Shown here one piece after another: positions 29,112 to 39,591 of a stretch of 64,000 bases of DNA. The translations under genes were made by a program, and so were the position numbers. Under the pieces are notes generated by a model. The model made no database searches, was not told the DNA's origin, and saw only the letters and a program-made list of their open reading frames with translations. Origin of the DNA: Actinomycetota bacterium (GTDB taxonomy: Bacteria; Actinomycetota; UBA4738; HRBIN12); assembly GCA_035249905.1 (NCBI GenBank), contig DATFFT010000011.1, positions 3,502 through 67,501 on the forward strand. The letters run 5' to 3'. Position 1 is the first letter of the stretch. Each line of letters opens with the position of its first letter.

Positions 29112-29477
29112 ATGAGTGACTACTACTCGTCGTACGGGGTACTGCTGGCGGTCGTCGCCGCAGGTGCGCTGCTGGTCGCAGTGGCGTTCACCACGGCACG
29201 GCTCGTCGCGCCCGCCAAGCCGAACGCAGAGAAGCTCACGACGTACGAGTGCGGGATCGATCCGGTCGGCGAGGGATGGTCGCAGAGCCATGTCCGCTAT
29301 TACGTGTACGGCTTCCTGTTCGTGATCTTCGACGTCGAGAGCGTGTTCCTCTTCCCGTGGGCTCGGGTCCTCGAGGACATCGGCACCGCGGCGGTGGTCG
29401 AGATGGCGATCTTCATCGCCATCTTGGCAGTCGGCCTCCTGTACTCGTGGCGCAAGGGGGTCCTGCGGTGGGCCTGA
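29112..29477 (+). CDS. nuoA2: NuoA paralogue, second complex-I-like set
   Basis: 121 aa. Motif YECGIDPV...[22 protein letters not shown]. Confidence 0.88.
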   Translation: MSDYYSSYGVLLAVVAAGALLVAVAFTTARLVAPAKPNAEKLTTYECGIDPVGEGWSQSHVRYYVYGFLFVIFDVESVFLFPWARVLEDIGTAAVVEMAIFIAILAVGLLYSWRKGVLRWA

Positions 29478-29977
29478 TCACCGAGAAGACTCAGCTGACC
29501 AGGATCCAACCGGTCAAGTTCATCCTCAACTGGGGGCGTCGCTACTCGCTGTGGGTCATGAACTTCGGCTTGGCGTGCTGTGCGATCGAGTTCATCGCGG
29601 CGTCGACCGCCAAGAACGACTTCATCCGTCTCGGCGTGATCCCCACCGCCCACGGTCCGCGCCAGGCCGACCTGCTGGTGGTCGCCGGCACGCTCACCGA
29701 CAAGATGGCGCCCGCCCTCAAGCGGGTCTACGAGCAGATGCCCGACCCGAAGTACGTGATCTCCTTCGGCTCGTGCTCGAACTGCGGCGGTCCGTACTGG
29801 GACAGCTACTCGGTCACCAAAGGCGTCGACCAGATCGTGCCGATCGACGTGTACGTGCCCGGGTGCCCGCCGCGGCCCGAGGCGCTGCTGCACGGCATCC
29901 TCGAGCTGCAGCGGAAGATCAAGGATGAGGACATCCAGGAGAAGTTCGGTGCCGTCACCCAGCCAGCTGTCTCCTGA
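29468..29977 (+). CDS. nuoB2: NuoB paralogue, second set (N2-cluster cysteines retained)
   Basis: GTG 29468 in frame in ORF 29249..29977. Motifs [22 protein letters not shown] and [10 protein letters not shown]. Confidence 0.88.
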   Translation: MGLITEKTQLTRIQPVKFILNWGRRYSLWVMNFGLACCAIEFIAASTAKNDFIRLGVIPTAHGPRQADLLVVAGTLTDKMAPALKRVYEQMPDPKYVISFGSCSNCGGPYWDSYSVTKGVDQIVPIDVYVPGCPPRPEALLHGILELQRKIKDEDIQEKFGAVTQPAVS

Positions 29978-30473
29978 CGACGTCGCCTCCCGGTTGCGGG
30001 CGCGCTTCGGCGACGATGTCTCCGACGTGGCCGATCAGCACGGCCACGCGGTCGCGACCGTGACCCGGGAGCGGTACCACGACGTCTGCCGCTTCGTGCG
30101 CGACGAGCCCGAGTTCGCGTGCGACTATGCCGATTTCACCTCGGCCGTCGATCTCGGCGAGGAGCGGGGGTTCGAGGTCCTGACCCACCTGTTCTCCACG
30201 GCCCACCACCACAACGTCCGCGTGAGGGTCGCCGTGCCCCATGACGACGCCGTGCTCGCCTCGGTGAGCGACCTCTGGGCCACGTGCGACTGGCACGAAC
30301 GGGAGACCGCGGAGATGTTCGGCATCCGCTTCGAGGGTCACCCGATGCCGGTGAAGCTGCTCCTGTCCGAGCCGTTCGAGGGTCACCCGATGCGCAAGGA
30401 CTTCTCCCTGATGACCCGCGAAGCGAAGCCGTGGCCCGGTGCGGTCGAGGGCGAGGAGGACGAGGAGGCGTGA
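29925..30473 (+). CDS. nuoC2: NuoC paralogue, second set (start uncertain; not fused to a NuoD domain)
   Basis: [20 protein letters not shown]. Only about 182 aa. Its stop overlaps the nuoH2 start. ATG 29925 overlaps nuoB2 by 53 nt; alternative starts lie at 29949 (GTG) and 29967 (CTG). Confidence 0.8.
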   Translation: MRTSRRSSVPSPSQLSPDDVASRLRARFGDDVSDVADQHGHAVATVTRERYHDVCRFVRDEPEFACDYADFTSAVDLGEERGFEVLTHLFSTAHHHNVRVRVAVPHDDAVLASVSDLWATCDWHERETAEMFGIRFEGHPMPVKLLLSEPFEGHPMRKDFSLMTREAKPWPGAVEGEEDEEA

Positions 30474-31483
30474 TCGACGTCTTCGCCGCGGCCGGCGTCT
30501 CGTTCATCGAGGAGCTGACCTCCAACTTCTGGCTCGCGCTCGTGCTCAAGACCGTGCTGGTCATGGCCTTCTTCCTCGTGGTGCCGCTCGGCATCGGCTA
30601 CATGGAGCACAAGGTGCTGGCGCACATGCAGGCCCGTGTGGGCCCGATGGAGGCGGGCGCCTTCCACGGGTGGGCCCAGCTGATCGCCGACGGCGTGAAG
30701 TTCATCCAGAAGGAGAACCTCGTGCCGGCCGCAGCCGACCGCACGGTCTACTCGCTCGCTCCTGCCGTGGCGATGGTGCCCTACATCGCCATCCTCGTGG
30801 TGCTGCCGTTCAGCGACACCTTGTTCGCTCTCAACCTCGATGTCGGCATCTTCTTCGTCATGGCGATGTCGAGCGTCTCCGTCATCGGGGTGCTGATGGC
30901 GGGCTGGTCGAGCGCGAACAAGTTCTCCCTGATCGGCGCATTGCGTGCCGCCGCGCAGCTGATCGCCTACGAGCTGCCCCTCGTGCTGGCGGCGGCGGGG
31001 GTCGTGATGCTCTCCGGGGTGACGTCGATGGTCGGCATCGTCGAGGCCCAGGAGTCGATGTGGTACGTGATCCCCCTGTTCCCACTCTTCCTGATCTTCA
31101 TGGTCTCCTCACTCGCCGAGCTGAGCCGCACCCCGTTCGACATGCCGATCGCCGACTCCGAGATCATCTACGGCGCCTACACCGAGTACGGGGGGCTGAA
31201 GTTCGCGTTCTTCCTGCTCGCCGAGTACGGGGGCATCGTGGCGCTCTCCGGCATCGCCGCGGTGCTGTTCCTCGGCGGGTATCAGGGGCTGCCGGGGATC
31301 CCGTTGCCCGACCCGATCTGGATGGCGATCAAGATCGGAGCGCTGTCGTTCTTCGTGATCTGGCTCCGCGCGACGTACCCGCGACTGCGTGAGGATCAGC
31401 TGCAGCGGTTCGCGTGGCTCACGCTGATCCCGATCTCACTCGTGTGGATCCTTGGCGCGGCCACGTTCAAGGTCGCGTTCTGA
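30470..31483 (+). CDS. nuoH2: NuoH paralogue, second set
   Basis: GTG 30470 overlaps the nuoC2 stop (GTGA). Motifs MEHKVLAHMQARVGPMEAG and LAELSRTPFDMPIADSEIIYGAYTEYGG. Confidence 0.9.
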   Translation: MIDVFAAAGVSFIEELTSNFWLALVLKTVLVMAFFLVVPLGIGYMEHKVLAHMQARVGPMEAGAFHGWAQLIADGVKFIQKENLVPAAADRTVYSLAPAVAMVPYIAILVVLPFSDTLFALNLDVGIFFVMAMSSVSVIGVLMAGWSSANKFSLIGALRAAAQLIAYELPLVLAAAGVVMLSGVTSMVGIVEAQESMWYVIPLFPLFLIFMVSSLAELSRTPFDMPIADSEIIYGAYTEYGGLKFAFFLLAEYGGIVALSGIAAVLFLGGYQGLPGIPLPDPIWMAIKIGALSFFVIWLRATYPRLREDQLQRFAWLTLIPISLVWILGAATFKVAF

Positions 31484-31495
31484 GGAGCTGACGCC

Positions 31496-32026
31496 GTGGC
31501 CATCGACACCCCACCCATCGACCAGCCGGAAGCCGGCGCCGGCCAGGGGCTGCTCAAGGGCCTGACGGTCACGCTCAAGACGATGCTGCGGCCCGCCGTC
31601 ACGGTGCAGTATCCGCACGTCAAGCCCGACCTTCCGGCGCGGACCCGAGGCGTGATCGCGCTGAAGCAAGCGAACTGCACCGTCTGTTACAAATGCGCGC
31701 GCGAGTGTCCCGACTGGTGCATCTACATCGACGCCCACAAGGAGACGCACGAGCCGGCCTCCGGTGGGCGCGGCCGGTCGATGAAGGTGCTCGATCGCTT
31801 CGCGATCGACTACGCCCTCTGCATGTACTGCGGCATCTGCGTGGAGGTGTGCCCGTTCGACGCGCTGTTCTGGAGTCCCGAGTTCGAGTATTCGGAGTAC
31901 GGCATCGACGAGCTCACCCACGAGAAGGAACGCCTCGAGGAGTGGACCTACACGGTGTTGCCCCCGCCGCCACTCGAGGAGGGCGCGGAGCCGCCGCAGG
32001 AAGAGCCGGCGGAGGGAGCCGCATGA
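31496..32026 (+). CDS. nuoI2: NuoI paralogue, second set (both 4Fe-4S motifs retained)
   Basis: [12 protein letters not shown] and [12 protein letters not shown]. Confidence 0.88.
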   Translation: MAIDTPPIDQPEAGAGQGLLKGLTVTLKTMLRPAVTVQYPHVKPDLPARTRGVIALKQANCTVCYKCARECPDWCIYIDAHKETHEPASGGRGRSMKVLDRFAIDYALCMYCGICVEVCPFDALFWSPEFEYSEYGIDELTHEKERLEEWTYTVLPPPPLEEGAEPPQEEPAEGAA

Positions 32027-32526
32027 GTGCGCAGGAGTATGCGTTCGTGGTGCTCGCCGTGGTCGGGAGCCTCTCGGGGATCGCCGTTGTGACCTCGACG
32101 AACGTCGTCCACGCCGCCCTCTACCTCGTCGTCGCGCTGCTTTCGGTTGCGGGCGTCTACCTGTTGCTCGGCGCCGAGTTCGTGGCATGGGTCCAGATCC
32201 TGATCTACGTGGGGGCGATCGTGATCCTGTTCCTGTTCGGCCTCATGCTCACGAAGGCCCCCATCGGACGCGACGCCCTCGACAACCAGCAACGGGGGGT
32301 CGGGGCGATCGTCGGCGTCGGGGTCTTCGCCGGGCTCGTCTTCCTGATCCAGGATGCGTTCCCGATGCAGGACGCCCAAGCCTTCGAACCCGCTCGCGGC
32401 ACCACCGACGTCGTCGGCGATGCGATCTTCCGCAGCTACGTGCTGCCGTTCGAGGCGGTCTCGTTCCTGCTGCTGGCGGCGCTGATCGGGGCGATCGTGC
32501 TCGCGAGGAAGGACGACTCCACGTGA
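32023..32526 (+). CDS. nuoJ2: NuoJ paralogue, second set
   Basis: ATG 32023 overlaps the nuoI2 stop (ATGA). Motif [50 protein letters not shown]. Confidence 0.86.
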   Translation: MSAQEYAFVVLAVVGSLSGIAVVTSTNVVHAALYLVVALLSVAGVYLLLGAEFVAWVQILIYVGAIVILFLFGLMLTKAPIGRDALDNQQRGVGAIVGVGVFAGLVFLIQDAFPMQDAQAFEPARGTTDVVGDAIFRSYVLPFEAVSFLLLAALIGAIVLARKDDST

Positions 32527-32825
32527 TCAGGTTGCCGCTCGTGCTGATGTTCTCGGCGCTGCTGTTCTCGGCGGGGGTCTACGGCGTGCTCGCCCGCCGG
32601 AACGCGATCATGGTGCTGATGGCCATCGAGCTGATGCTGAACGCCGTCAACGTGAACCTCGTCGCGTTCGCCGCGTCGCTGCAGCAGATGACCGGTCAGG
32701 TGTTCGCGTTGTTCGTGATCGCTGTCGCCGCCGCCGAGGTGGGGATCGGGCTCGCCATCGTGATCCTGCTCTTCCGCACGCGTGAATCGATCAACGTCGA
32801 CGAGGTGAACCTGCTCAAGTGGTGA
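32523..32825 (+). CDS. nuoK2: NuoK paralogue, second set
   Basis: GTG 32523 overlaps the nuoJ2 stop. Motif [25 protein letters not shown]...[13 protein letters not shown]. Confidence 0.88.
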   Translation: MIRLPLVLMFSALLFSAGVYGVLARRNAIMVLMAIELMLNAVNVNLVAFAASLQQMTGQVFALFVIAVAAAEVGIGLAIVILLFRTRESINVDEVNLLKW

Positions 32826-34819
32826 ACGTGCTCGCCGCCGAGGGGGAGGTGGCCTTCGAGGCCACCACGAACGGGATCTGGTTCGTCGAGCACGCCTGGA
32901 TCGTGGTGCTGTTGCCGTTGGTCTCGGCCGCCCTGATCCTCTTCCTCGGCTCTCGCACCCCCGGCAAGGGGGCGGTCTACGGCATCGCCGCGGTGGGGGC
33001 GGCGTTCGTGTTCTCCATCGGTGTGCTGTGGCACTTCGTCGAAGGCGGAGGGCCGTTCGAGGGCAGCATCGACTGGTTCACGATCGGACCGCTCCATCTC
33101 GAGCTCGGCATCCTGGTCGACGGCCTGACCGGCGTCATGCTGGTGGTCGTGACCGCGGTCTCGCTGGCGGTGCACGTCTACTCGCTCGGCTACATGCACG
33201 GCGACGAGCGGTTCACCTGGTTCTACGTGGTGCTCTCGCTGTTCACCGCAGCGATGCTCACGGTGGTCGTGTCGAACAACCTGATCCAGCTGCTCGTGGG
33301 CTGGGAGATCATGGGCATCTGTTCCTACCTGTTGATCGGCCACTGGTGGGAGGTCAAGGAGAACTCCGACGCCGCGATCAAGGCGTTCATCACCACGCGG
33401 GTGGGCGACGTCCCGTTCATGTTCGGCATCATCGCCCTGATCGCCGTCACGGGGTTCACGACGACGAACATCGGGGAGGTCTCGCACGAGCTCGGGCTCG
33501 GCGAGGTCTCGCCCTTGTTCGTATCGGTCGCGGCTCTCCTGCTGTTCGGTGGCACCGTCGGGAAGTCCGCTCAGTTCCCGCTGCACGTGTGGCTCCCCGA
33601 CGCGATGGCCGGCCCGACGCCGGTCTCGGCGCTGATCCACGCGGCGACCATGGTGGCCGCCGGCGTGTATTTGATCGGCCGCCTCTTCGAGGTCTTCCTG
33701 CTGGCCGACGAGTGGGTGCTCACCATCGTGAGCATCGTCGCGGCGATCACGGCGCTGGGGGCGGCACTGCTCGCGATCGTGCAGGACGACATCAAGCGCG
33801 TGCTCGCCTACTCGACACTCTCGCAGCTCGCGTACATGGTCGCCGGACTCTCGCTCGGCGAGCTCGGCCTCACGGCCGGGTTCTTCCATCTGTTCACGCA
33901 CGCCTTCTTCAAGGCGTTGCTGTTCCTGTGCGCCGGCTCGGTGATCCATGCCGTTCACTCGAACAACATGAGCGAGATGGGCGGTCTGAGGAGGTACATG
34001 CCGATCACGTTCTGGACGATGCTGATCGGTTCGCTCGCGCTCGCCGGCATCATCCCGCTCGCTGGGTTCTGGTCGAAGGACGAGCTGTTGGTCGTGGCCC
34101 ACGAGGAGCATGCGACCTGGCTGTTCGTCGTGTTCCTGGTGACGGCCGTGATCACCGCGTTCTACACGATGCGCATGGTGATGCTCACGTTCTTCGGGGA
34201 GTACGAGGGCGAGGCACACCCGCACGAGTCTCCGAGGACGATGACCGGTCCGCTGATCGCGCTCGCGGCGGCCACGATCGGCGTCGGCCTGCTCGGAGCC
34301 CCACAGCTCGACGCGGTCTTCGGGAAGTGGGTCTTCTTCGAGGAGATCCACGAGGCGGTCTTCATGCCGTGGATCGCGGTGCTGTCGACGGGGGGCGCGC
34401 TGCTCGGCCTCGCCTCCGGATACGTGCTCTATAGAGAGCGGAAGGCACGGGATCCGCTGCAAGCGCCGATGGGGCCAGCCTGGAACCTCCTGCAGAATCG
34501 GTACTACATCGACGAGCTCTACATGCGAGCGATCGTTCGGCCCGTTCGCGACACCTGGTCGGCGGGTGTGAACTGGTTCAACCAGGTCGTGCTCGACGGC
34601 ATCGTCGACGGTGCCGCCGTCGTCACGAGGTGGGTCGCCCAGCTGGTCGCCTGGTTCGATCGGACCGTGATCGACGGCGCCGTCAACGGGGCCGGCGAGG
34701 TCGCCGGACGCACGGGCAACGCCCTGAGGTACCTGCAATCCGGCAACGTGCAGTGGTATGCCGTCGGGCTGTTCGTCGGCGTGATCGCGTTGGCCGTCGT
34801 GTTCATCCGAGCCGTCTGA
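32819..34819 (+). CDS. nuoL2: NuoL paralogue, second set (666 aa)
   Basis: [17 protein letters not shown] and [32 protein letters not shown]. Confidence 0.9.
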   Translation: MVNVLAAEGEVAFEATTNGIWFVEHAWIVVLLPLVSAALILFLGSRTPGKGAVYGIAAVGAAFVFSIGVLWHFVEGGGPFEGSIDWFTIGPLHLELGILVDGLTGVMLVVVTAVSLAVHVYSLGYMHGDERFTWFYVVLSLFTAAMLTVVVSNNLIQLLVGWEIMGICSYLLIGHWWEVKENSDAAIKAFITTRVGDVPFMFGIIALIAVTGFTTTNIGEVSHELGLGEVSPLFVSVAALLLFGGTVGKSAQFPLHVWLPDAMAGPTPVSALIHAATMVAAGVYLIGRLFEVFLLADEWVLTIVSIVAAITALGAALLAIVQDDIKRVLAYSTLSQLAYMVAGLSLGELGLTAGFFHLFTHAFFKALLFLCAGSVIHAVHSNNMSEMGGLRRYMPITFWTMLIGSLALAGIIPLAGFWSKDELLVVAHEEHATWLFVVFLVTAVITAFYTMRMVMLTFFGEYEGEAHPHESPRTMTGPLIALAAATIGVGLLGAPQLDAVFGKWVFFEEIHEAVFMPWIAVLSTGGALLGLASGYVLYRERKARDPLQAPMGPAWNLLQNRYYIDELYMRAIVRPVRDTWSAGVNWFNQVVLDGIVDGAAVVTRWVAQLVAWFDRTVIDGAVNGAGEVAGRTGNALRYLQSGNVQWYAVGLFVGVIALAVVFIRAV

Positions 34820-34838
34820 GAGGAAGCGTGGAGGCCAC

Positions 34839-36374
34839 ATGACCTGGGAGAACTCGGCCATCACGATCGCGACCCTCCTGCCCGTCGTGGGCGCGATCGT
34901 GATCGCCCTGATGCCGAAGTCGAGGGAACGCGAGATCCGAGGCATGGGCATCGTGGTCTCGGGGGCGGCGCTCGCGCTCGCGATCGCGATCGCGATCGGA
35001 TTCGACTACGGCACCGACGGGCTGCAGTACGAGCTCGACCTGGACTGGATCGGCACGATCGGGGTGCGCTTCCACGTGGGCATCGACGGCATCTCACTGC
35101 CGCTGTACGTGCTGACGTTCCTGCTCACGTTCCTCTGCGCGATCTACACGTGGCGCTTCGTGCCCGACCCCGGCCGCACCCGGGGGTTCCTGGCGCTGAT
35201 GCTGCTGCTCGAGACCGGCATGGCCGGCACCTTCATCGCCTTCGACCTGATCCTGTTCTTCGTGTTCTGGGAGCTGGTCCTGGTGCCGATGTACTTCCTG
35301 ATCGCGATCTGGGGCTCCGCCAACCGCGAGTACGCCTCGATCAAGTTCTTCCTCTACACGCTGTTCGGCTCGATCTTCATGCTGCTGGGCTTCCTCGCGA
35401 TGTACTTCCAGGGGCCTGATCCGCACACGTTCGACATGGTGGTGCTCCGCGACTTCGGCGCCGGAGGCGGGTTCGGCCAGACGTTCCAGCTGGTCGTCTT
35501 CGGCGGGGTGGCGCTCGGGTTCGCGGTGAAGGTGCCGATGTGGCCGTTCCACACGTGGCTGCCCGACGCGCACACCGAGGCCCCGACGATCGGCTCGGTC
35601 CTGCTGGCGGGCATCATGCTGAAGATGGGCACCTACGGGTTCATCCGCATCGCGATCCCGTTCCTGCCCTACGGCGCCGAGAAGTACGCGCCGTGGATCG
35701 GCGCGCTCGCCGCGATCGCGATCGTCTACGCCGCGCTCGCATGCCTCGCCCAGAAGGACCTGAAGCGGCTGATCGCGTTCTCCTCGGTCGGCCACATGGG
35801 GTTCGTGATGCTCGGCATCGCCACGCTGACCGAGATCGGCATCCAGGCGGCGATCTTCGGCATGGTGGCCCACGGCGTGATCACCGGCATGCTGTTCTTC
35901 TGCGTCGGGTCGATCTACGACCGGTACCACACGCGCGAGATCGCCAGGATCGGCGGCGGCATGATGCAGACGATGCCGAAGCTCGGCGGCGTGTTCGCGT
36001 TCGTCGCGATCGCCTCGCTCGGACTGCCGGGCCTGGCCGGGTTCTGGGGCGAGATCATGGCGCTGCTCAGCTCGTTCAGCCCCAGCGAGGTGTTCCTGGC
36101 CGATCAGGTCGGCCTGTTCCGCCTGTACATGGTGATGGGCGGCATCGGCACGGTGCTCACGGCCGGCTACTTCCTGTGGATGCTGCAGCGCGTGAACATG
36201 GGCACCCTGCCCGATCAGTGGCGACAGGCCGGCCTGCGCGACGTGCTCGCCGTCGAGTGGGTCTCGTGGCTTCCGCTGTTGGCGCTGATCCTCGTGCTCG
36301 GCCTCTATCCGAGGCTGGTGTTCGGGGTCACCGACGATGCCGTGGGCGGCTTGATGCGCCTGCTGGGGAGCTAG
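34839..36374 (+). CDS. nuoM2: NuoM paralogue, second set
   Basis: AVKVPMWPFHTWLPDAHTEAPT and LKRLIAFSSVGHMG. Confidence 0.9.
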   Translation: MTWENSAITIATLLPVVGAIVIALMPKSREREIRGMGIVVSGAALALAIAIAIGFDYGTDGLQYELDLDWIGTIGVRFHVGIDGISLPLYVLTFLLTFLCAIYTWRFVPDPGRTRGFLALMLLLETGMAGTFIAFDLILFFVFWELVLVPMYFLIAIWGSANREYASIKFFLYTLFGSIFMLLGFLAMYFQGPDPHTFDMVVLRDFGAGGGFGQTFQLVVFGGVALGFAVKVPMWPFHTWLPDAHTEAPTIGSVLLAGIMLKMGTYGFIRIAIPFLPYGAEKYAPWIGALAAIAIVYAALACLAQKDLKRLIAFSSVGHMGFVMLGIATLTEIGIQAAIFGMVAHGVITGMLFFCVGSIYDRYHTREIARIGGGMMQTMPKLGGVFAFVAIASLGLPGLAGFWGEIMALLSSFSPSEVFLADQVGLFRLYMVMGGIGTVLTAGYFLWMLQRVNMGTLPDQWRQAGLRDVLAVEWVSWLPLLALILVLGLYPRLVFGVTDDAVGGLMRLLGS

Positions 36375-36383
36375 AGCCACCCG

Positions 36384-37856
36384 ATGGACGTCGACTACCA
36401 CGCCCTGCTGCCGGAGTTCATCCTCGCGGGCACGGTCCTGCTCGTGCTCGTCGTCGACGTCTTCCTGCCCGAACGCACGAAGTGGTTCGCGATGCCGCTG
36501 GGCCTCGTCGGCGTCGTGGCCTCGCTGGTGGCCGTCGCCACGCTGATCGGGGCCGGCACCCGGGTGAGCTTCGGCGGCACCTACGTCGTCGACGAGTTCG
36601 CGCTCCTGTTCAAGGGCTTCTTCCTGGTCACCGCGGTCGTCGTGCTCTCGGTCTCGCTCCGTTACTTCCGGGAAGGCGGCTTCTACCAGGGGGAGTACTA
36701 CTTCCTGCTGCTGACCTCGTTCCTCGGGTGCGTGATGATGCCGAGCTCGCGCGACCTGCTGCTGCTGTTCATCGCGCTCGAGCTCGTGTCGGCGCCGGGG
36801 TTCCTGATGGCCGCGTTCCGCAAGGGCGACGTGAAGTCGAACGAGGCCGGGGTGAAGTTCTTCATCATCGGCGTGCTCTCGACCGCCGTGATGCTGTTCG
36901 GCATGAGCCTGATCTACGGCGTGACCGGCGGCGAGACCCAGCTCGCCGAGATCGCGTCGGCGCTCGCCGACGTTCCCGGTGAGCTGCAGACCCTGACGTT
37001 CGCGGCGATCCTGTTCGTCGTCGTGGGTTTCGCGTTCAAGGTCTCCGCGTTCCCTTTCCAGTTCTGGGCTCCCGACACGTACGAGGGATCGCCGGTGCCG
37101 GTGGCGGCGTTCCTGGCCGTCGCCTCGGCCGTCGCGGGCTTCGCCGGCCTGTTGCAGCTGATGTTCGTGGCCTTCGCGGAGCAGCACGAATTCTGGGTGC
37201 CGATCTTCGCGTTCCTGTCGGTCGCGACGATGTCCGTGGGGAACTTCGTGGCGCTGCGCCAGACGCAGATGGTGCGGCTGCTCGCGTACTCGGGCATCGC
37301 GCAGTCGGGCTACATCCTCATGACGTTCGCGCTCGTGACCGACGACGCGGCGTCGAACCGCACGGCCTTCGCGGCGGGGGTCGCCTACATCTTGATCTAC
37401 GGCATCATGAACCTCGGCGCGTTCGCCGCCACGGTCGCCGTCTCGAGGCGCCACCCGGCGCTGCAGCTCGCCGACTTCGCCGGGCTGCGCGAGACCGCGC
37501 CCGTGATCGCCGTGGGCATGGCGGTGTTCATGATCTCGCTCGCCGGCGTGCCGCCGACCGGCGGGTTCTGGGGGAAGCTGCTGATCTTCCAGGCCGCGAT
37601 CGAGCGCGGCGGGGGGCTCGGGCCGGCGCTCGCCGTCGTGATGCTCGTGAACTCGGTCGTGAGCGTCTTCTACTACCTGCTGGTGCCCCGGCAGATGTTC
37701 CTCCGGGAAGCGGCGGATCGCTCGCGGCTTCGTGTGCCCGCCCTCGTGACCGTCGTCGTGGGCGCGGCGACGATCGCGCTCGTGGGCATCTTCGTGCTGC
37801 CGAACCCGGTGGCGCGGCTCGCCGAGATCTCGTCGTTGGTCGGCCTCGGGCCCTGA
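36384..37856 (+). CDS. nuoN2: NuoN paralogue, second set
   Basis: FKVSAFPFQFWAPDTYEGSPVPVAAF and MVRLLAYSGIAQSGY. Confidence 0.9.
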   Translation: MDVDYHALLPEFILAGTVLLVLVVDVFLPERTKWFAMPLGLVGVVASLVAVATLIGAGTRVSFGGTYVVDEFALLFKGFFLVTAVVVLSVSLRYFREGGFYQGEYYFLLLTSFLGCVMMPSSRDLLLLFIALELVSAPGFLMAAFRKGDVKSNEAGVKFFIIGVLSTAVMLFGMSLIYGVTGGETQLAEIASALADVPGELQTLTFAAILFVVVGFAFKVSAFPFQFWAPDTYEGSPVPVAAFLAVASAVAGFAGLLQLMFVAFAEQHEFWVPIFAFLSVATMSVGNFVALRQTQMVRLLAYSGIAQSGYILMTFALVTDDAASNRTAFAAGVAYILIYGIMNLGAFAATVAVSRRHPALQLADFAGLRETAPVIAVGMAVFMISLAGVPPTGGFWGKLLIFQAAIERGGGLGPALAVVMLVNSVVSVFYYLLVPRQMFLREAADRSRLRVPALVTVVVGAATIALVGIFVLPNPVARLAEISSLVGLGP

Positions 37857-37922
37857 CGCACCGCTGGATCGGGATCCGACCCCTCGTATCGACCTGCCTG
37901 TGGCACCATTGGTCTCGAAGGA

Positions 37923-38816
37923 GTGATGACGTTGACACCTGGGATCAACCGCGCCAAGACATGGGTGCTGATCGCCGGACTGCTCGGGCTGTTCCTGCTG
38001 GTCGGATATCTGATCGGCGGGCGAGCGGGCATGACGGTCGCGCTCGTGCTCGGCCTCGTGTTCAACTTCGCGATGTACTGGTGGTCCGGCTCGATCGCGG
38101 TGCGCTCGACGCGTTCGCGCGAGGTGAGCGAGCAGGAGTACCCGCAGCTCTACCGCATCGTGCGGGAGCTGACGCAGGCCGAGGGCATGCCGATGCCCGG
38201 CATCTACGTCTCGGAGATGCAGCAGCCCAACGCGTTCGCGACAGGGCGGAACCCACAGAACGCGAAGGTCGCGGTGACGCAGGGCATCCTGCAGATCCTC
38301 GAGGAGCGAGAGCTGCGGGGCGTTCTCGCCCACGAGCTGAGCCACGTGGCGAACCGCGACATCCTGGTGGCCTCGATCGCAGCCGCGATCGGCACGTCGA
38401 TCAGCTACCTCGCGATGATGGCCTTCTGGTTCGGGGGAGACGACGAGGGCGGCGGGAACCCGATCGTGATGCTCGTGGCGTGGATCCTCGCGCCGATCGC
38501 CGCCGGCCTGATCCAGATGGCGGTCTCTCGCTCCCGCGAGTACCAGGCCGACGAGTCCGGCGCCTTCCTCTCCCGCGACCCGCAGGCGCTCGCGAGCGCG
38601 CTGCAGAAGCTCGAGCAGACGAGCCGGCGGGTCCCGCCGCCGCACTCGCTGCAACCGGGCGAAGCGCACCTGTTCATCGTGAACCCGCTGGCCGCGCTGA
38701 AGGGCAGGGGCGTCATGAGCCTGTTCAGGACGCACCCCCCGACCGAGGAACGGGTGGCCCGGCTGATGGCCGTGCAGGACGAGATCCTTCGACGGCAGGG
38801 CCCGATCGGCCGGTAG
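37923..38816 (+). CDS. htpX: Zinc metalloprotease HtpX (M48 family)
   Basis: HELSHVANRD zinc motif, N-terminal TM helices, and C-terminal FRTHPPTEERV. Confidence 0.92.
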   Translation: MMTLTPGINRAKTWVLIAGLLGLFLLVGYLIGGRAGMTVALVLGLVFNFAMYWWSGSIAVRSTRSREVSEQEYPQLYRIVRELTQAEGMPMPGIYVSEMQQPNAFATGRNPQNAKVAVTQGILQILEERELRGVLAHELSHVANRDILVASIAAAIGTSISYLAMMAFWFGGDDEGGGNPIVMLVAWILAPIAAGLIQMAVSRSREYQADESGAFLSRDPQALASALQKLEQTSRRVPPPHSLQPGEAHLFIVNPLAALKGRGVMSLFRTHPPTEERVARLMAVQDEILRRQGPIGR

Positions 38817-38853
38817 CGACGACCGGCGGGCGGCCGCGGGGTGCGTCTGGCGT

Positions 38854-39591
38854 GTGCCTGAGCCGGGGACCGACGCCGTGAGCGAGAGACCGCCGGCGGG
38901 GTCTCCGATCGCGATCCTCTTCGACGTCGACGGGACGCTCATCGTCACCGGCGGCGCCGGAACCCGAAGCTGGCGCTGGGCGTTCGAGCAGCTCCACGGG
39001 ATCCCCGCCGACATCGGCGAGTTCTCGGAGGCCGGCATGACCGATCCCGTCGTCGCCCGGAGAACCTTCCGGAGCGTCATCGGGCGCGAGCCGGATCCGC
39101 GGGAGATGGCGCGACTCCTCGCCGCCTACCTCGAACGGCTCCCAGAGGAAGTCGAGAGCTCCGAGTCCTACCAGGTGCTCCCGGGAGCCGAGGATCTCCT
39201 CCGCCGCCTCTGCGAGGGGGGACTGCTCCTGGGGATCGTGACCGGAGCTCTGGAGGCGGCGGCGCACATCAAGCTCGCGCGCGCCCGGCTCAACCGGTTC
39301 TTCCCGTTCGGCGGATACGGGTCCGACTCCGACGACCGGACCGAGCTCACCCGCCGAGCGATCGAGCGCGCGGGCTCGATCCTCGGGCGGACGCTTGCCC
39401 CCGCGCGCATGTACGTCGTCGGCGACACGCCGAAGGACATCGACGCCGCCCGAGGCGTGGGTGCCGTGGCCGTCGGGGTGGCCTCGGGGCACTACTCGAT
39501 GGAGGCTCTGAGCCGGGCACGCGCGGACATCGTCCTGCCGTCGCTGCGGGATCCGATGCCTGGGCTCGAGTGGGCGTCGAGGAAGGGCTAA
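38854..39591 (+). CDS. HAD-superfamily hydrolase (phosphatase-like)
   Basis: Motif I ILFDVDGTLI, then VVGDTPKDIDAAR. Start is GTG 38854 or 38878. Confidence 0.75.
   Translation: MPEPGTDAVSERPPAGSPIAILFDVDGTLIVTGGAGTRSWRWAFEQLHGIPADIGEFSEAGMTDPVVARRTFRSVIGREPDPREMARLLAAYLERLPEEVESSESYQVLPGAEDLLRRLCEGGLLLGIVTGALEAAAHIKLARARLNRFFPFGGYGSDSDDRTELTRRAIERAGSILGRTLAPARMYVVGDTPKDIDAARGVGAVAVGVASGHYSMEALSRARADIVLPSLRDPMPGLEWASRKG

Noticed and set aside
29925-30473. Possibility that nuoC2 is a fused NuoCD, as in E. coli, which would explain the missing nuoD.
   Set aside because: The ORF is only about 182 aa and ends with an acidic tail (GEEDEEA) whose stop overlaps the nuoH2 start. A NuoD domain needs about 400 aa.
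35094-39080. Very long antisense ORFs: 1328 aa here, and also 22793..26146 (1117 aa), 18124..20448, 32696..34951, 16442..18127, 9679..11799 and 60387..62762.
   Set aside because: They lie opposite or out of frame to genes with unmistakable family motifs. Their products are monotonous Arg/His/Asp/Gly/Pro-rich strings. This is the expected stop-codon-poor shadow of a GC-rich genome, not coding sequence.
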